The notes under the pieces were generated by a model. That model ran no database searches. It worked only from the letters and a program-made list of their open reading frames with translations, and was not told where the DNA came from. Positions 20,268 through 29,776 of a stretch of 64,000 bases of DNA are shown here, piece by piece (within the stretch, counting starts at the first letter, position 1; each line of letters starts with the position of its first letter). Source of the DNA: a virus. The DNA lies in the IMG/VR virus record IMGVR_UViG_3300045009_000924, positions 1 through 64,000 of that record. The stretch is one strand, 5' to 3'. The translations under genes and the position numbers were made by a program.

Positions 20268-20705
20268 ATGAATGATACACCAATCAAATCAAACAACCGT
20301 GATAGTGTTATCCGCATGTCAAACCCAATCAAAAACGTAAAAAAAATAGATTCTCTTAAACAAAAAAAACTCCAAGCAAAGCTAATCAATCACATTACGT
20401 CTGTTTATTTTTTCTTTACTTCAGGTGATGAAGATTTTGAAGAGACGGATATTGATGATTTTATTTTAGACAATTGGGACAATGCAATAATCACAGCAGC
20501 AGCCCTGGGATTGCGTGTAATTGGTGAAACAGAAGATGGGAAAATAGTTGCGGAATTAAAACCGGTGGAAAGTGTCAAAAAGTTTTTGATTGATGGCAAT
20601 TGGGGCGGAGAGGAAGATATTTACATGGAAGATATTGACGAAGAAGACGTCACGGCCTCCCCAGAGGAAATTGATTGGGGACAATTTTCAGAAATTTTCG
20701 ATTAA
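20268..20705 (+). CDS. Acidic hypothetical protein (lone plus-strand gene; start may be a downstream Met)
   Basis: Fills the gap between minus-strand genes; D/E-rich C-terminus. Confidence 0.6.
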   Translation: MNDTPIKSNNRDSVIRMSNPIKNVKKIDSLKQKKLQAKLINHITSVYFFFTSGDEDFEETDIDDFILDNWDNAIITAAALGLRVIGETEDGKIVAELKPVESVKKFLIDGNWGGEEDIYMEDIDEEDVTASPEEIDWGQFSEIFD

Positions 20706-20710
20706 GTAAA

Positions 20711-21604
20711 TTACTTTTTTCTTCCTCTTCTTACATTTGTTTTTCTTCCGGCTTTCTTTACGGTTGCTTTTCTCGCTCGGTTGGCGGCTTTCGCCCTAGT
20801 CGCTGATTTCGCTTTTGGCGGCTTTTGGGGCAATGCGGTTAAGCGACCTCTAGCAATTTCCTTACCTTTGGAAATTTTCAATCTTGCAATGTCCGCTTTT
20901 CCGCCTTTCATATATGGCCTTATTTTTATTCTTTGGGTTCCCCTGTCGCTAACCACTCCCTGCTTGTTTCTTTTCATTCTTCTGTCAAAGCGAGACATCG
21001 CATCTCTCAGACGTTTTGGATTTGTTCGACCAAGGTAGCTAAGGCCACCCGAATCCCTGCTAGCCGTAGCCAAATTTATTCTATCTTCTACTTCTTTTTT
21101 AGTTGGTTTTCTGTATACAAGCCTTCCCCTTTTGTCGCGTTTTTGTTTTCCGGTTCTTGGATTTCTAACCGCTATTCTTCGATTTGCCTCTCTGATAATT
21201 TCCTTGTTTGTGGCCTCCGACCTTGACAGTATGGTTCTTCCTTTAGGTTTTTCGTCAAAAAGAGTTTGACGTCTGCCTTCTTCCATTATTGAGCGTTTCA
21301 TAAGTTTTCCCGTTCTTTTATTACGTGCCATTTTTCCGCGTTTATAAAATCCTCTTTTTGAGCCTACTTTGCGAGCCCCTTCGCCATATTCGGCCAAAAT
21401 TTTTAGGTCTTTGTAACGTCCCTTTTCTATGTCTTTGTCAGTTAGGCCAAAAAGCTGCTTAGCCATTTTCGCTGCGCGGTTATACCTACGACGAACATCC
21501 CTTTCGACTTTTCCCGCTTTTGTCTGTTCCTTAAATAAAAGAATGTCAGACAACATTTGTGCTGCATCATCCGTTATATCTGGGCCGTAGCGTACTCCGG
21601 GCAT
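20711..21604 (-). CDS. Highly basic K/R-rich protein, possibly nucleic-acid binding
   Basis: Very high K/R content, tail KPPKAKSATRAKAANRARKATVKKAGRK; GGAG RBS. Confidence 0.7.
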   Translation of the reverse strand: MPGVRYGPDITDDAAQMLSDILLFKEQTKAGKVERDVRRRYNRAAKMAKQLFGLTDKDIEKGRYKDLKILAEYGEGARKVGSKRGFYKRGKMARNKRTGKLMKRSIMEEGRRQTLFDEKPKGRTILSRSEATNKEIIREANRRIAVRNPRTGKQKRDKRGRLVYRKPTKKEVEDRINLATASRDSGGLSYLGRTNPKRLRDAMSRFDRRMKRNKQGVVSDRGTQRIKIRPYMKGGKADIARLKISKGKEIARGRLTALPQKPPKAKSATRAKAANRARKATVKKAGRKTNVRRGRKK

Positions 21605-21666
21605 TTTAACTCCAGTAAATATTTACATATTTGTATTGCTATCTAGATAATACCAGAAAATTTAAT

Positions 21667-22221
21667 TTACCTGTCTGCATTGGGCGGAGATTCAAATTCC
21701 ATCACTTTTGACGATTGTGCATTGGGGGGTGCCTCAATCGGAACCCAGGCTTTTGAATAGTTGTGCTCTTTTATATTTCTTTGCTTTATCAAGTCACCAT
21801 CAACAAGAACTGACAATTCTTCATTGCCCATTGACAAATACATTTTCAAATCGGAGACAGAATAGTCACCAGTTTCGTATATTGTTTTAACAACTTTAGA
21901 CAGTTTTTCTGTAACTATTTTTGAATGTCCTCGATTCAGTCTGATGTGAAGCATCATTGAATCTATCACATCCAGGTCGTGAACAACGGCTGGAATTTTA
22001 GAATTACAGCGCTCGGATATTTCTTTTATTGATTTTGCCAGCAAAAATCTTTCCGAACCATCAATTATTTCTCCAGTTGATTTTCTAACATGAATGGGGT
22101 GAATAAAACCGAATTCAATTAACGAACCAGCTATCAACATAAGCTCCGGTCTGAGTGTGTGTGTAACTTTCCAACTTGGAACCGATAGCTCGGAAAATTT
22201 AATTTCTTTGATTTCAATCAT
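21667..22221 (-). CDS. ParB/Srx-fold protein (IbrB-like)
   Basis: SL.EFGFIHPI.V....IIDG..R motif and LNRGH; adjacent to IbrA-like gene. Confidence 0.7.
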   Translation of the reverse strand: MIEIKEIKFSELSVPSWKVTHTLRPELMLIAGSLIEFGFIHPIHVRKSTGEIIDGSERFLLAKSIKEISERCNSKIPAVVHDLDVIDSMMLHIRLNRGHSKIVTEKLSKVVKTIYETGDYSVSDLKMYLSMGNEELSVLVDGDLIKQRNIKEHNYSKAWVPIEAPPNAQSSKVMEFESPPNADR

Positions 22222-23348
22222 TCTGTTATTTCACTTTCTTCCATTGTTCGAACTGTGTGCGCTCTGGTTTTCGGACCAACTGGCGTTGGTGAGTTTACAT
22301 CGATTTCGTGTAACAATAAGTTTCTTATGAGTAGGCTTAGTGGATATCCCCTTGGGTCAGAAGAATGTTTTTTTCTAAATTTTGAAACGTATACTTTTGC
22401 TTCCATTTTTCTTCTTTCGCCAACTAGGTATTTTTCTATAAACTCAGACGCTCCGTCAAACCCCTTTTTTGAATAACTCATGATAAGTTTTTCCACATCA
22501 AAATCCGGCCATAAATTTCTTTGTGCATCTATGTATGGAAAACATTCAAAAAGCCTGTCGTAAAATTCCGGCTCTGTCGCTATTACGTCGCCAATTCTTC
22601 TTATTGCGGTTGCGTGAAGCGGAATTCCAACCCTGGTATTGCTTCCAGTTATTGAAGCCAAGTCATAATATTTACAATATTCAGCGTTGTGCTCTTCGAT
22701 TATATATTTAAAAACATCGTTTGTATTCCAATCATAAATTATTTTTGCAAATTTTAAAGGTATTCCGCGTTTTAATTTATATGGAGTAACTATGTAATTT
22801 TCGTGCAACTTCTGAACAAGGGAGCGATATCTGACCATTGATTCACTTGCCCTTACTCCAGTTAGGAAAGCAACGTTTCCCCTTTTCCCTTGCATTGTGT
22901 AGTAATCAGTTTGTTCCGGTAGAGAAACGGTGTGGTCAAGTCCAAAATCATTTGCATTTATTGCCCAATCGGGCATGTCGCGAACCCATCTGTCCTGAAG
23001 CATTCTTTGATAACTCCATAAGAGTGTGGTTATTCTTCTTCCCAAAACCCATATCTCTGCCGGATATGGAAGACAGTACCACTCCATGTCAATCCATTCG
23101 TAATTTCTGACTTTTTGAACATAATCAATTACTAGCGGACTAACCATCTCTTCGTCTCTAAAAATAACTTTCACTGGGCCGAGACCCCTTTCTTCGTGCA
23201 CCTCTTTTGCTAGATACAAAACAGCAGTTGAATCTTTTCCACCCGAAAACTGGACACAAACAGTATCAAATATGTCGTAAACGTGTCTGATTCTTTTTCG
23301 CGCAGCCTCGACACATGTCATGTCAAGAAATAAGCGCTGTCTGGTCAT
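22218..23348 (-). CDS. PAPS-reductase-family PP-loop protein (IbrA-like)
   Basis: FSGGKDS PP-loop, FRDEE, GVRASES.VR and IYDW..NDVF motifs; start set at the ATGA overlap with the upstream gene (MTRQRLF). Confidence 0.85.
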   Translation of the reverse strand: MTRQRLFLDMTCVEAARKRIRHVYDIFDTVCVQFSGGKDSTAVLYLAKEVHEERGLGPVKVIFRDEEMVSPLVIDYVQKVRNYEWIDMEWYCLPYPAEIWVLGRRITTLLWSYQRMLQDRWVRDMPDWAINANDFGLDHTVSLPEQTDYYTMQGKRGNVAFLTGVRASESMVRYRSLVQKLHENYIVTPYKLKRGIPLKFAKIIYDWNTNDVFKYIIEEHNAEYCKYYDLASITGSNTRVGIPLHATAIRRIGDVIATEPEFYDRLFECFPYIDAQRNLWPDFDVEKLIMSYSKKGFDGASEFIEKYLVGERRKMEAKVYVSKFRKKHSSDPRGYPLSLLIRNLLLHEIDVNSPTPVGPKTRAHTVRTMEESEITE

Positions 23349-24181
23349 TGTGAATGTTTTGTGATAAACGAAATTAATTTTTCTGCTGTAGTTGAACCTG
23401 GGTAAATTGGATTCAATTTTAGTGATTTTATAAATTCGTACCACAAAGACTGCTGTTCTGTGGTGTCAAAAGTTATTTGTACTGTTATTGCTGCACTTGG
23501 CGCGGCAGAGCTTTTCAATGCCGTTGTAGAACCGCGAATCGCCGCATCGGAATGGTCAAAATCAGAATTTAATTTAATTTCTTGTCCATCTTTTGTGCGG
23601 TTGATAGATACGGCAGAAGAATCAAAAACAGGAACTATCTTACTCGTCGAATCTTCGTCGTTATTTGATTTTTCCTCTTCCGAAAAATAGGTCGACTTAT
23701 CAATAATTACTGGAGGAACATAGGAACCGGATTGAATAATTTGATTTTGTTGTCGAACTGATGTTTGTTCCATTTCCGCAAGTTCAAACTCATCCCAACC
23801 AAGACTATCCACCAACTCTGGGTAGTAATCGCTTATCTCCACGACCAACTCGTTAAGTATTTCTGGTTCCGTATATCCAAGCTCCATCGTTCTATTGTCT
23901 GCTATTGCAAAAGCAATTGCTCTTTCATCATCAACGTCGTATTGAACGGCAGCTATTTTGTCCCATCCAAGCTGTTTTGCTGCTTCAAGTTGGTGATTGC
24001 CAGCGACCACCGTAAATAAACCGTCACCTTTGGGTCTAACAACTATGGGTTTTATTTGTCCAAATTCCTCATAAGAAGCAACAATTGCTCTTAGATTTCC
24101 TTTTCGTGGATTTTTTTCTAGAGGCTCAAGAAGTTTTATTTCAATAGCCAGTGGCAAAAGGGACTCATGAATATTGTTCAT
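23345..24181 (-). CDS. ParB-like N-terminal domain protein
   Basis: NPRKGN...S..EFGQ.KPIVV...VVAGNHQL.AA..LGW...AIADNR. Confidence 0.85.
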   Translation of the reverse strand: MNNIHESLLPLAIEIKLLEPLEKNPRKGNLRAIVASYEEFGQIKPIVVRPKGDGLFTVVAGNHQLEAAKQLGWDKIAAVQYDVDDERAIAFAIADNRTMELGYTEPEILNELVVEISDYYPELVDSLGWDEFELAEMEQTSVRQQNQIIQSGSYVPPVIIDKSTYFSEEEKSNNDEDSTSKIVPVFDSSAVSINRTKDGQEIKLNSDFDHSDAAIRGSTTALKSSAAPSAAITVQITFDTTEQQSLWYEFIKSLKLNPIYPGSTTAEKLISFITKHSQ

Positions 24182-24519
24182 GATATAACTTGTGTTCTAA
24201 CATTTGCATTCAAAGTTCTAAGTGCGTCAATTGACGTACGCAAAGATAGCAAAGCTTCTCTTTTTGCCTTAACTAAAGCTTCTGCACACCTATATTCATG
24301 ATTCTGTTGGTCCATTTTGTAGTCCGCCCATGCTTCTCTTTCTTTAATTGAACCTTTTGCGGACAAATATTCTTTCGCCCAATTGCTTTTATACATCGCT
24401 TCCTTTTTGGAACAATCCATAGCAATTGTTTCAAATTGTTCAGTTTCATTTTCAAGTCGGTCCATCAAGCGAAGAATTTCCTGTTCCACCTCAACTTGAC
24501 TGATTGGAACGCTTCTCAT
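24178..24519 (-). CDS. Helical hypothetical protein
   Basis: Overlapping stop/start with both neighbours; coiled-coil-like composition. Confidence 0.65.
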   Translation of the reverse strand: MRSVPISQVEVEQEILRLMDRLENETEQFETIAMDCSKKEAMYKSNWAKEYLSAKGSIKEREAWADYKMDQQNHEYRCAEALVKAKREALLSLRTSIDALRTLNANVRTQVIS

Positions 24520-25046
24520 TTGTCGTCCTTTTCTATTGATTCAATTGATGTCCAATCTACTTTATTTAAAACATCCAAACTTGATTTAGGCCATTCATAA
24601 CGCTGTTTTCCGATTTTTGCCCTAGCCATTTCCTCCAAAATCCACGCATCACATTTGTCGTCGGCGCCGGGATTTTTCCATATAATTCCAGTTTTTGCTG
24701 AAATAAATGAAACAACTTCATTTTTTGAAGCGTTTCCTTTTCCGGTTGAAAATTTTGCGCGACAGGTTGGCGGTATTTCTACATATGGAATGTCCATTCG
24801 ATAAAGCATTGTTCTGACAACACCGCCCAGCTCACCTATTGAGTGGGCTTGAGAATTTCTGGAAGAAAACGCATACCCCTCTATTACCACTGCCTTTATT
24901 TTAAATTCAACAATTAAATTTCCTATTGATTCTGAAATTTCTATAAGTCTTTTTGGCCCAGTGGAGTCAACAGAAATAACATCACAATTATTATTATTTG
25001 AATATCCAGTTGAAGTCAAAGAAAGGTCAATTCCGAGAAAATTCAC
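24516..25046 (-). CDS. RuvC-like Holliday junction resolvase
   Basis: GIDLSLTSTG, VIEGY, GELGGV, TGKGNASK and D..DA RNase H-fold motifs. Confidence 0.85.
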   Translation of the reverse strand: MNFLGIDLSLTSTGYSNNNNCDVISVDSTGPKRLIEISESIGNLIVEFKIKAVVIEGYAFSSRNSQAHSIGELGGVVRTMLYRMDIPYVEIPPTCRAKFSTGKGNASKNEVVSFISAKTGIIWKNPGADDKCDAWILEEMARAKIGKQRYEWPKSSLDVLNKVDWTSIESIEKDDK

Positions 25047-25076
25047 GAACCGACACTACATCTGATGCGGTACGCC

Positions 25077-25117
25077 CAAAAGCAGGGCAGAAGATATTTC
25101 CCCCCACCCCGCTTTTG
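25077..25117. terminator. Imperfect hairpin, possible terminator or structured RNA
   Basis: caaaagc-agggcag...cccc-gcttttg inverted repeat in an intergenic gap. Confidence 0.4.
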
Positions 25118-25192
25118 AACCTATAACGGTCCTAAGTGATAATCAGTGTATTGAATTAATAAATAATGAAAGTGTTAATTTTCGAACTAATA

Positions 25193-25564
25193 TTATTTAT
25201 TCCAACTTTGTTTTGCAAGACCCAATTCAAAAGCCAATTCAGGATTTGCCGTGATTCTGACGTGGCATGGACGACAAACAGCAAGAATGTTTGACTCATC
25301 GAGTATTGAGCCACCCTGCGACCTGCGAACCATTTCGTGCAAATCCCTGCTCAGGTGGTGATTGTATGTAACTTTTCCATCGTGTTTTGCAAAGACTTTG
25401 CATGCTTCACACAGTGGACGTTCTTTTAGAACTTTCTGAACAAGTTTGCGCCGCTCAACATAAACTTCTTCCGTTTTTTTGCTTCTTTTTGCAAGTGAAG
25501 TTTTTTGTTTTAGGGGTTTTTTCGTTTTATTTTTTTTATTTTTTTGAAACATTTTCATCTCCAT
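25193..25564 (-). CDS. HNH endonuclease
   Basis: CEAC...DLHE...RSQGGS...N.LAVCRPCH. Confidence 0.8.
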   Translation of the reverse strand: MEMKMFQKNKKNKTKKPLKQKTSLAKRSKKTEEVYVERRKLVQKVLKERPLCEACKVFAKHDGKVTYNHHLSRDLHEMVRRSQGGSILDESNILAVCRPCHVRITANPELAFELGLAKQSWNK

Positions 25565-25583
25565 GGAGAGATGAAATTATATC

Positions 25584-26099
25584 TCAAAGGTTGTTTTCGT
25601 TTATGAAATCAAAGTTCCATTCATCATCCAATGCATCCCAAAGAGCTCTATCAATCGCTGTTTCTTCCATATCGAATTCCCTCATTAATTTTCTATGTTG
25701 AGCGATAGCTCTTCGATAAAACTCAACTTTCTCCCAGCCGTCTGTTTTGATTTCCGAACCAGTTTCAATCATTATTGAAACTTCATCAAGTCTTTTGTCT
25801 ACATGAAACTTGAATCTCTTGATGCGAGTTGCTTTTGCGTCATAATAATTGTTTGAATCATTTGAAAGAAATTTTCCATCTCTCCCCATTGACGAGTAGC
25901 GCTCTCGGTCCGATTCTGCGTCGGCTTCGACATCGTCAATTTGATTTTGAAGATTTTCAGACAATGCGAAAAGTGCATCACGCCATCTAGTCCAGTTTTC
26001 TTTTTTGAGAAGAAATTGTTTATGAACTGGAGAAAGTTTGTTCTTTACTTCTTCAGCGACAAGGCGAGCAAACTCATCGTCGCTAACCTTTCCGCTCAT
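25584..26099 (-). CDS. Hypothetical protein
   Basis: Clean helical ORF; start MSGKVSDD chosen to minimise overlap. Confidence 0.65.
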   Translation of the reverse strand: MSGKVSDDEFARLVAEEVKNKLSPVHKQFLLKKENWTRWRDALFALSENLQNQIDDVEADAESDRERYSSMGRDGKFLSNDSNNYYDAKATRIKRFKFHVDKRLDEVSIMIETGSEIKTDGWEKVEFYRRAIAQHRKLMREFDMEETAIDRALWDALDDEWNFDFINENNL

Positions 26100-26922
26100 A
26101 ATGCCCACCCCACGCTGGGCAGAGCGGTTTGAACGAGCACCATCCACATAAAACCGATTTTTTGTGTTGGAAGTTTCCCGATTTACAACAGTCATCTATG
26201 TCCCTTTTCGTTTGTTGAATTATTTCTATGGTCTTATTTAGGTCACTATCTGTAACCTGGCGCTTAAATCTAACCCCATCTTTTAAATATAACAACTCAA
26301 CCGAAACCCTTTTTTCTTTGCCTATTTTCAGGTGTGACAAAAGTCCTGAATAGGCAAATAACTGAAAAAATTTTTCATCAAAGTCGCTTTCCCTGGTGGG
26401 CGTTTTCCCTGTTTTGTAGTCGCTAATTACTACATCAGAAATTTCATCATTGTTATTTGTGAATAAATCTTTATTATTTAAAAGCAAACGGTCGATATAG
26501 CCGCGAACTTTGACACCACCAATCTCCCCGGTAACAAAACACTCCATTTTCCATGGATTGGTTTGGGTTGGGTCTTCAAGATGCCAAAGATTCTCCACAC
26601 ACCACCACGCCGACCACATGAATAGATTTAAGTCTTTTTTGCTGAATATAACCCCATTTGCTTTTTTCCCCCATTCGGAATTCCACAGTTCGCGAAGAAT
26701 TTGATTTGCTCTTTCTTGTGTTCTTTCGTCTGGCTCTAGTTTGTATAACTGCTCAAGAACGGCATGAACATAATTTCCGAGTATTGCTTCCTGTCCACTC
26801 GGGTCTGGCAGGCCGTCAATTTTCGAGTATTTAAATTTTAGTGGACATTGACGAAAGGTGTTTATTGAACTGGGAGAAAGAAATTCTGGAGCTACAAGCT
26901 CATTGCTGTTTTGGTTGTTCAT
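26083..26922 (-). CDS. PD-(D/E)XK exonuclease, RecB/AddB/Cas4-like
   Basis: LSPSSI..F.QCP, G..VH, GYIDRL, DYKTG, QL..Y and CGWC...C motifs. Confidence 0.88.
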   Translation of the reverse strand: MNNQNSNELVAPEFLSPSSINTFRQCPLKFKYSKIDGLPDPSGQEAILGNYVHAVLEQLYKLEPDERTQERANQILRELWNSEWGKKANGVIFSKKDLNLFMWSAWWCVENLWHLEDPTQTNPWKMECFVTGEIGGVKVRGYIDRLLLNNKDLFTNNNDEISDVVISDYKTGKTPTRESDFDEKFFQLFAYSGLLSHLKIGKEKRVSVELLYLKDGVRFKRQVTDSDLNKTIEIIQQTKRDIDDCCKSGNFQHKKSVLCGWCSFKPLCPAWGGHYERKG

Positions 26923-27637
26923 CTACGTATGTCCCATCAAAATTTAGACGAATGATTTCGGTGATTAAAACATCAAGCTCTTCTGGGGTGACTGTGTTTT
27001 TCTTTGGTTTTGGTTTTCCTCCAGAATATTTTTCCCAAAAGGAATTAAGCTCCGCTTTTTTGTCAGCGCTAAGCTTTTTTGCTGAATCTACGAAATTATT
27101 CCATTTTTCGTCAAATTCTGTTTTTTGTTGCACTTGATGTTGCACTTGGTGTTGCTCCTCGTGCTCCTCTTCGTATGTGGTTAACATTGCTTCCTCTGCA
27201 TCAATTGCATCCATGGAGCGAGAAAGATATAAACCGACACCAAGTTGTTGGGCTGCCTTTTTGAGAGCGTCCGAAACTGCCATCTTAAAAGAATTTCCAA
27301 GGTCTACGGGTTTCCCTGTTGATTTGATTCTTTTTATGCTTGTTCCGCCAACGCCGTGCTTTACAACTTTTTTTCCAGCTATTTCGGCAGTCAGGCTCAC
27401 ATGTGCAATAATTTCATCTGGCTCGTGCTGGTCTCGCTCGAGTTTAATTATTTCAGACGACCAAGCGTCAACACCAAGAACTTTGTTGAGTCGATTGATA
27501 ACTTCACTAACTGGAATAAATCGCAACTCAACTCCAGAAACTGTAAAAATCTTTTCCATTTCTAAAGGAAATTGAGCATAAAGGGAGCGGGTTACTTCGT
27601 TTAGTTGTTTTATGTGTGTTTCTGTTGTTTCGGTCAT
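26900..27637 (-). CDS. Rad52/Rad22-family single-strand annealing protein
   Basis: VINRLN.VLG...W, G.G and KMAVSDALKKAA..LGVGLYL motifs. Confidence 0.85.
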   Translation of the reverse strand: MTETTETHIKQLNEVTRSLYAQFPLEMEKIFTVSGVELRFIPVSEVINRLNKVLGVDAWSSEIIKLERDQHEPDEIIAHVSLTAEIAGKKVVKHGVGGTSIKRIKSTGKPVDLGNSFKMAVSDALKKAAQQLGVGLYLSRSMDAIDAEEAMLTTYEEEHEEQHQVQHQVQQKTEFDEKWNNFVDSAKKLSADKKAELNSFWEKYSGGKPKPKKNTVTPEELDVLITEIIRLNFDGTYVDEQPKQQ

Positions 27638-27643
27638 TTTTAT

Positions 27644-28138
27644 TTATTGGTCCTTTGCCTTTCTGACGATAATACTTGTTTTTAACTCTCCAACCTCACA
27701 GTAGTTATCTGCGTTAATACCTATTTTATTTAACTCTTTGATTCGCCAATACGAAGGTGCGCAGTATGTCAAAACATCAGCAATCATTTCTTGTGTGGTT
27801 TTCAAAACCTCCCCCGTTTGCATGTCTATCGATAGCTTAACGATTTTGTCCGCGACTGCATTTCCGAGGGATTTATGGTCCCACCCCTTTCTGTCATACG
27901 CTGATTTTTTTTCAATTTGGGCGCCGTTGGCCAAAGCGACATTTTCCTGGTCGCCCATTATTCCAATCATCGCGTATGAAAATGTGTCATAAACAAGACC
28001 GACATCTCTTTTAAGGAGATTCATTTCGGCAAGGTATTCGCAGGCTTGTATTAGGTCTGGTGAATTCGACACATAATTAAATATTTCTTCATCAAGTTCG
28101 GTCAAAAATTTTTTAATCGTGTTTATTTTATCAATCAT
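27644..28138 (-). CDS. Hypothetical protein
   Basis: Clean ORF with AGGGG RBS inside the operon. Confidence 0.65.
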   Translation of the reverse strand: MIDKINTIKKFLTELDEEIFNYVSNSPDLIQACEYLAEMNLLKRDVGLVYDTFSYAMIGIMGDQENVALANGAQIEKKSAYDRKGWDHKSLGNAVADKIVKLSIDMQTGEVLKTTQEMIADVLTYCAPSYWRIKELNKIGINADNYCEVGELKTSIIVRKAKDQ

Positions 28139-28166
28139 TTTTGCCCCTTTAATTTCTTGCAGGTTG

Positions 28167-29483
28167 TTAAATGAGTATAGACACCTTTCTTCTTTGTGGC
28201 AACCCCAATCCAGTCAAATATGTGTATGCACCAACGGAAGAGTCAACTTGGTCGTCGTGAACTGCTGCTTCGGGGAAAGAGCTAAATTCGTCAAGAAATG
28301 ATGTTAACCACGGACTTCGAACAATTCGGACATTCCCATTTGCCACAGCCGCAGCAAACGGCCTAGCCCTTGTTTCTTTGTCTCCGGTTGAGCGCATGGC
28401 AGAAAAATCATAACCGGTTAATACATATCTGGCGTATTGGTCAACCAATGCTTTTCCGCTAGAGCCTGGCTCTTGCTCCATTCTTATTGACACGGCATGG
28501 CCATCTTCGGCTGCTGTTTGTGCTATTAGTTGCTCAACTTTCTCTCCACGAGCTCTTATTTTTCTTACGTCCAAAATGTAGGCAATACCCTCATTTAGCA
28601 TCATCAGTGTTCCAACCGTCCAGTCGGGGTCGGTATTGGTGGAGGAAACTTCCGTTGCGGCCAAGTCCCAATAGCGAACCACTCTGCACGAGCTTGTTAT
28701 TAACGGTATTTCATTTTGGTCAATTATTATAAAAGAAGTTCTATCAAATAAACTCCCCAAAGTCGTTGACCACCAATCACCTTCTTCGAGCCGCTTCCTT
28801 TCCACGGGGTCCAAAGCGGATAGAGATTGTCTATATGAATCCGCGTCAATCCCTGGGTTGTCCTTTAGGGTAGAGGGAACAAAAATCCTACCTTCTTCTT
28901 TGCCCTCGACAATAAATCTCTGCCTAACCCAATTTGGTGCCGGGTTTGAGGCGCACCTCATTCGAAGGGGAACCTGAGAAACAGGACCGGAAGCGGGTCG
29001 GCGCAAACGGGAAAAGAGATAGCGATAGTCAGATTCCCTTATTTCCGTAACTTCATCCATTCCTATGAACTGAAATTCCGAGCCCTTGTATCTCAAATAA
29101 TCATTAGCATTATTTAAATAACCAAAAGAAATTCTTGCACCGGATGGAAATGTTGCAATAAATGTATTGCTATTCCAGTGAACATCTTCGTAATCATTCA
29201 TCCATAAACGAAATCTATCCATCAGCGCACCCGGAAGAGACAGGTCGGCAAACGTGCGTCTAAACAAAATTGCAGAATATCCAGGAACATCAACATATTG
29301 AAGGGCGGCCATGAGCAATGCGGATGATTTGCCACCACCAGCAGCGCCACCAAATAGGGCCTCTATTGAATTCGTTCTCAAAAACACTTTTTGATTTATT
29401 GACGGTTCCTCGGGACAGAATATCGGCATTTTGGGCTGGAGAAATTCCCAAATTTTGGTCCAATCTTGTTTTTTTTCTGTCAC
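28167..29483 (-). CDS. terL: Terminase large subunit
   Basis: Walker A GGAAGGGKS, Walker B IGMDE, ASNP coupling motif, nuclease WDLA and HDDQVD. Confidence 0.93.
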   Translation of the reverse strand: MTEKKQDWTKIWEFLQPKMPIFCPEEPSINQKVFLRTNSIEALFGGAAGGGKSSALLMAALQYVDVPGYSAILFRRTFADLSLPGALMDRFRLWMNDYEDVHWNSNTFIATFPSGARISFGYLNNANDYLRYKGSEFQFIGMDEVTEIRESDYRYLFSRLRRPASGPVSQVPLRMRCASNPAPNWVRQRFIVEGKEEGRIFVPSTLKDNPGIDADSYRQSLSALDPVERKRLEEGDWWSTTLGSLFDRTSFIIIDQNEIPLITSSCRVVRYWDLAATEVSSTNTDPDWTVGTLMMLNEGIAYILDVRKIRARGEKVEQLIAQTAAEDGHAVSIRMEQEPGSSGKALVDQYARYVLTGYDFSAMRSTGDKETRARPFAAAVANGNVRIVRSPWLTSFLDEFSSFPEAAVHDDQVDSSVGAYTYLTGLGLPQRRKVSILI

Positions 29484-29564
29484 AAATAAATCCTAACTTT
29501 AATAAAACGCACAACTCTTGATTCTCTTAGTTTTATCATCGATTTGTGCGCTACTGTATGTTAT

Positions 29565-29765
29565 ATGCCAAAATTTACCCAAGATTGGAACAAGTTTGTT
29601 TTTTGGCTACGTAGCAAAACAAATCGTAACACCTTCGCCAACATATTAATGGTTTCATTTATAATATTTACAAGTATTGGTGCTGGATTAATATTTCCTC
29701 CAGCTGGTCTGGTGGTTGTGGGTATCACATGCGGAATATTTGGATTTCTTTTAGGTTCGGAATAA
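29565..29765 (+). CDS. Small membrane protein upstream of portal
   Basis: Two hydrophobic segments; common position just before HK97-type portals. Confidence 0.6.
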   Translation: MPKFTQDWNKFVFWLRSKTNRNTFANILMVSFIIFTSIGAGLIFPPAGLVVVGITCGIFGFLLGSE

Positions 29766-29776
29766 CTAAATAAATT

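Noticed and set aside
23349-23444. Longer starts in the ORF track (also 26195, 46456, 61520)
   Set aside because: Downstream ATGs have better RBS or stop/start coupling and avoid long overlaps
25121-25136. rRNA gene fragment
   Set aside because: The match is only 16 nt and the flanks are not rRNA-like; kept as a finding, not annotated as rRNA
26083-26922. Cas4 as evidence of a CRISPR-Cas locus
   Set aside because: No cas1/cas2 or array; the neighbouring Rad52-like gene points to a recombination exonuclease
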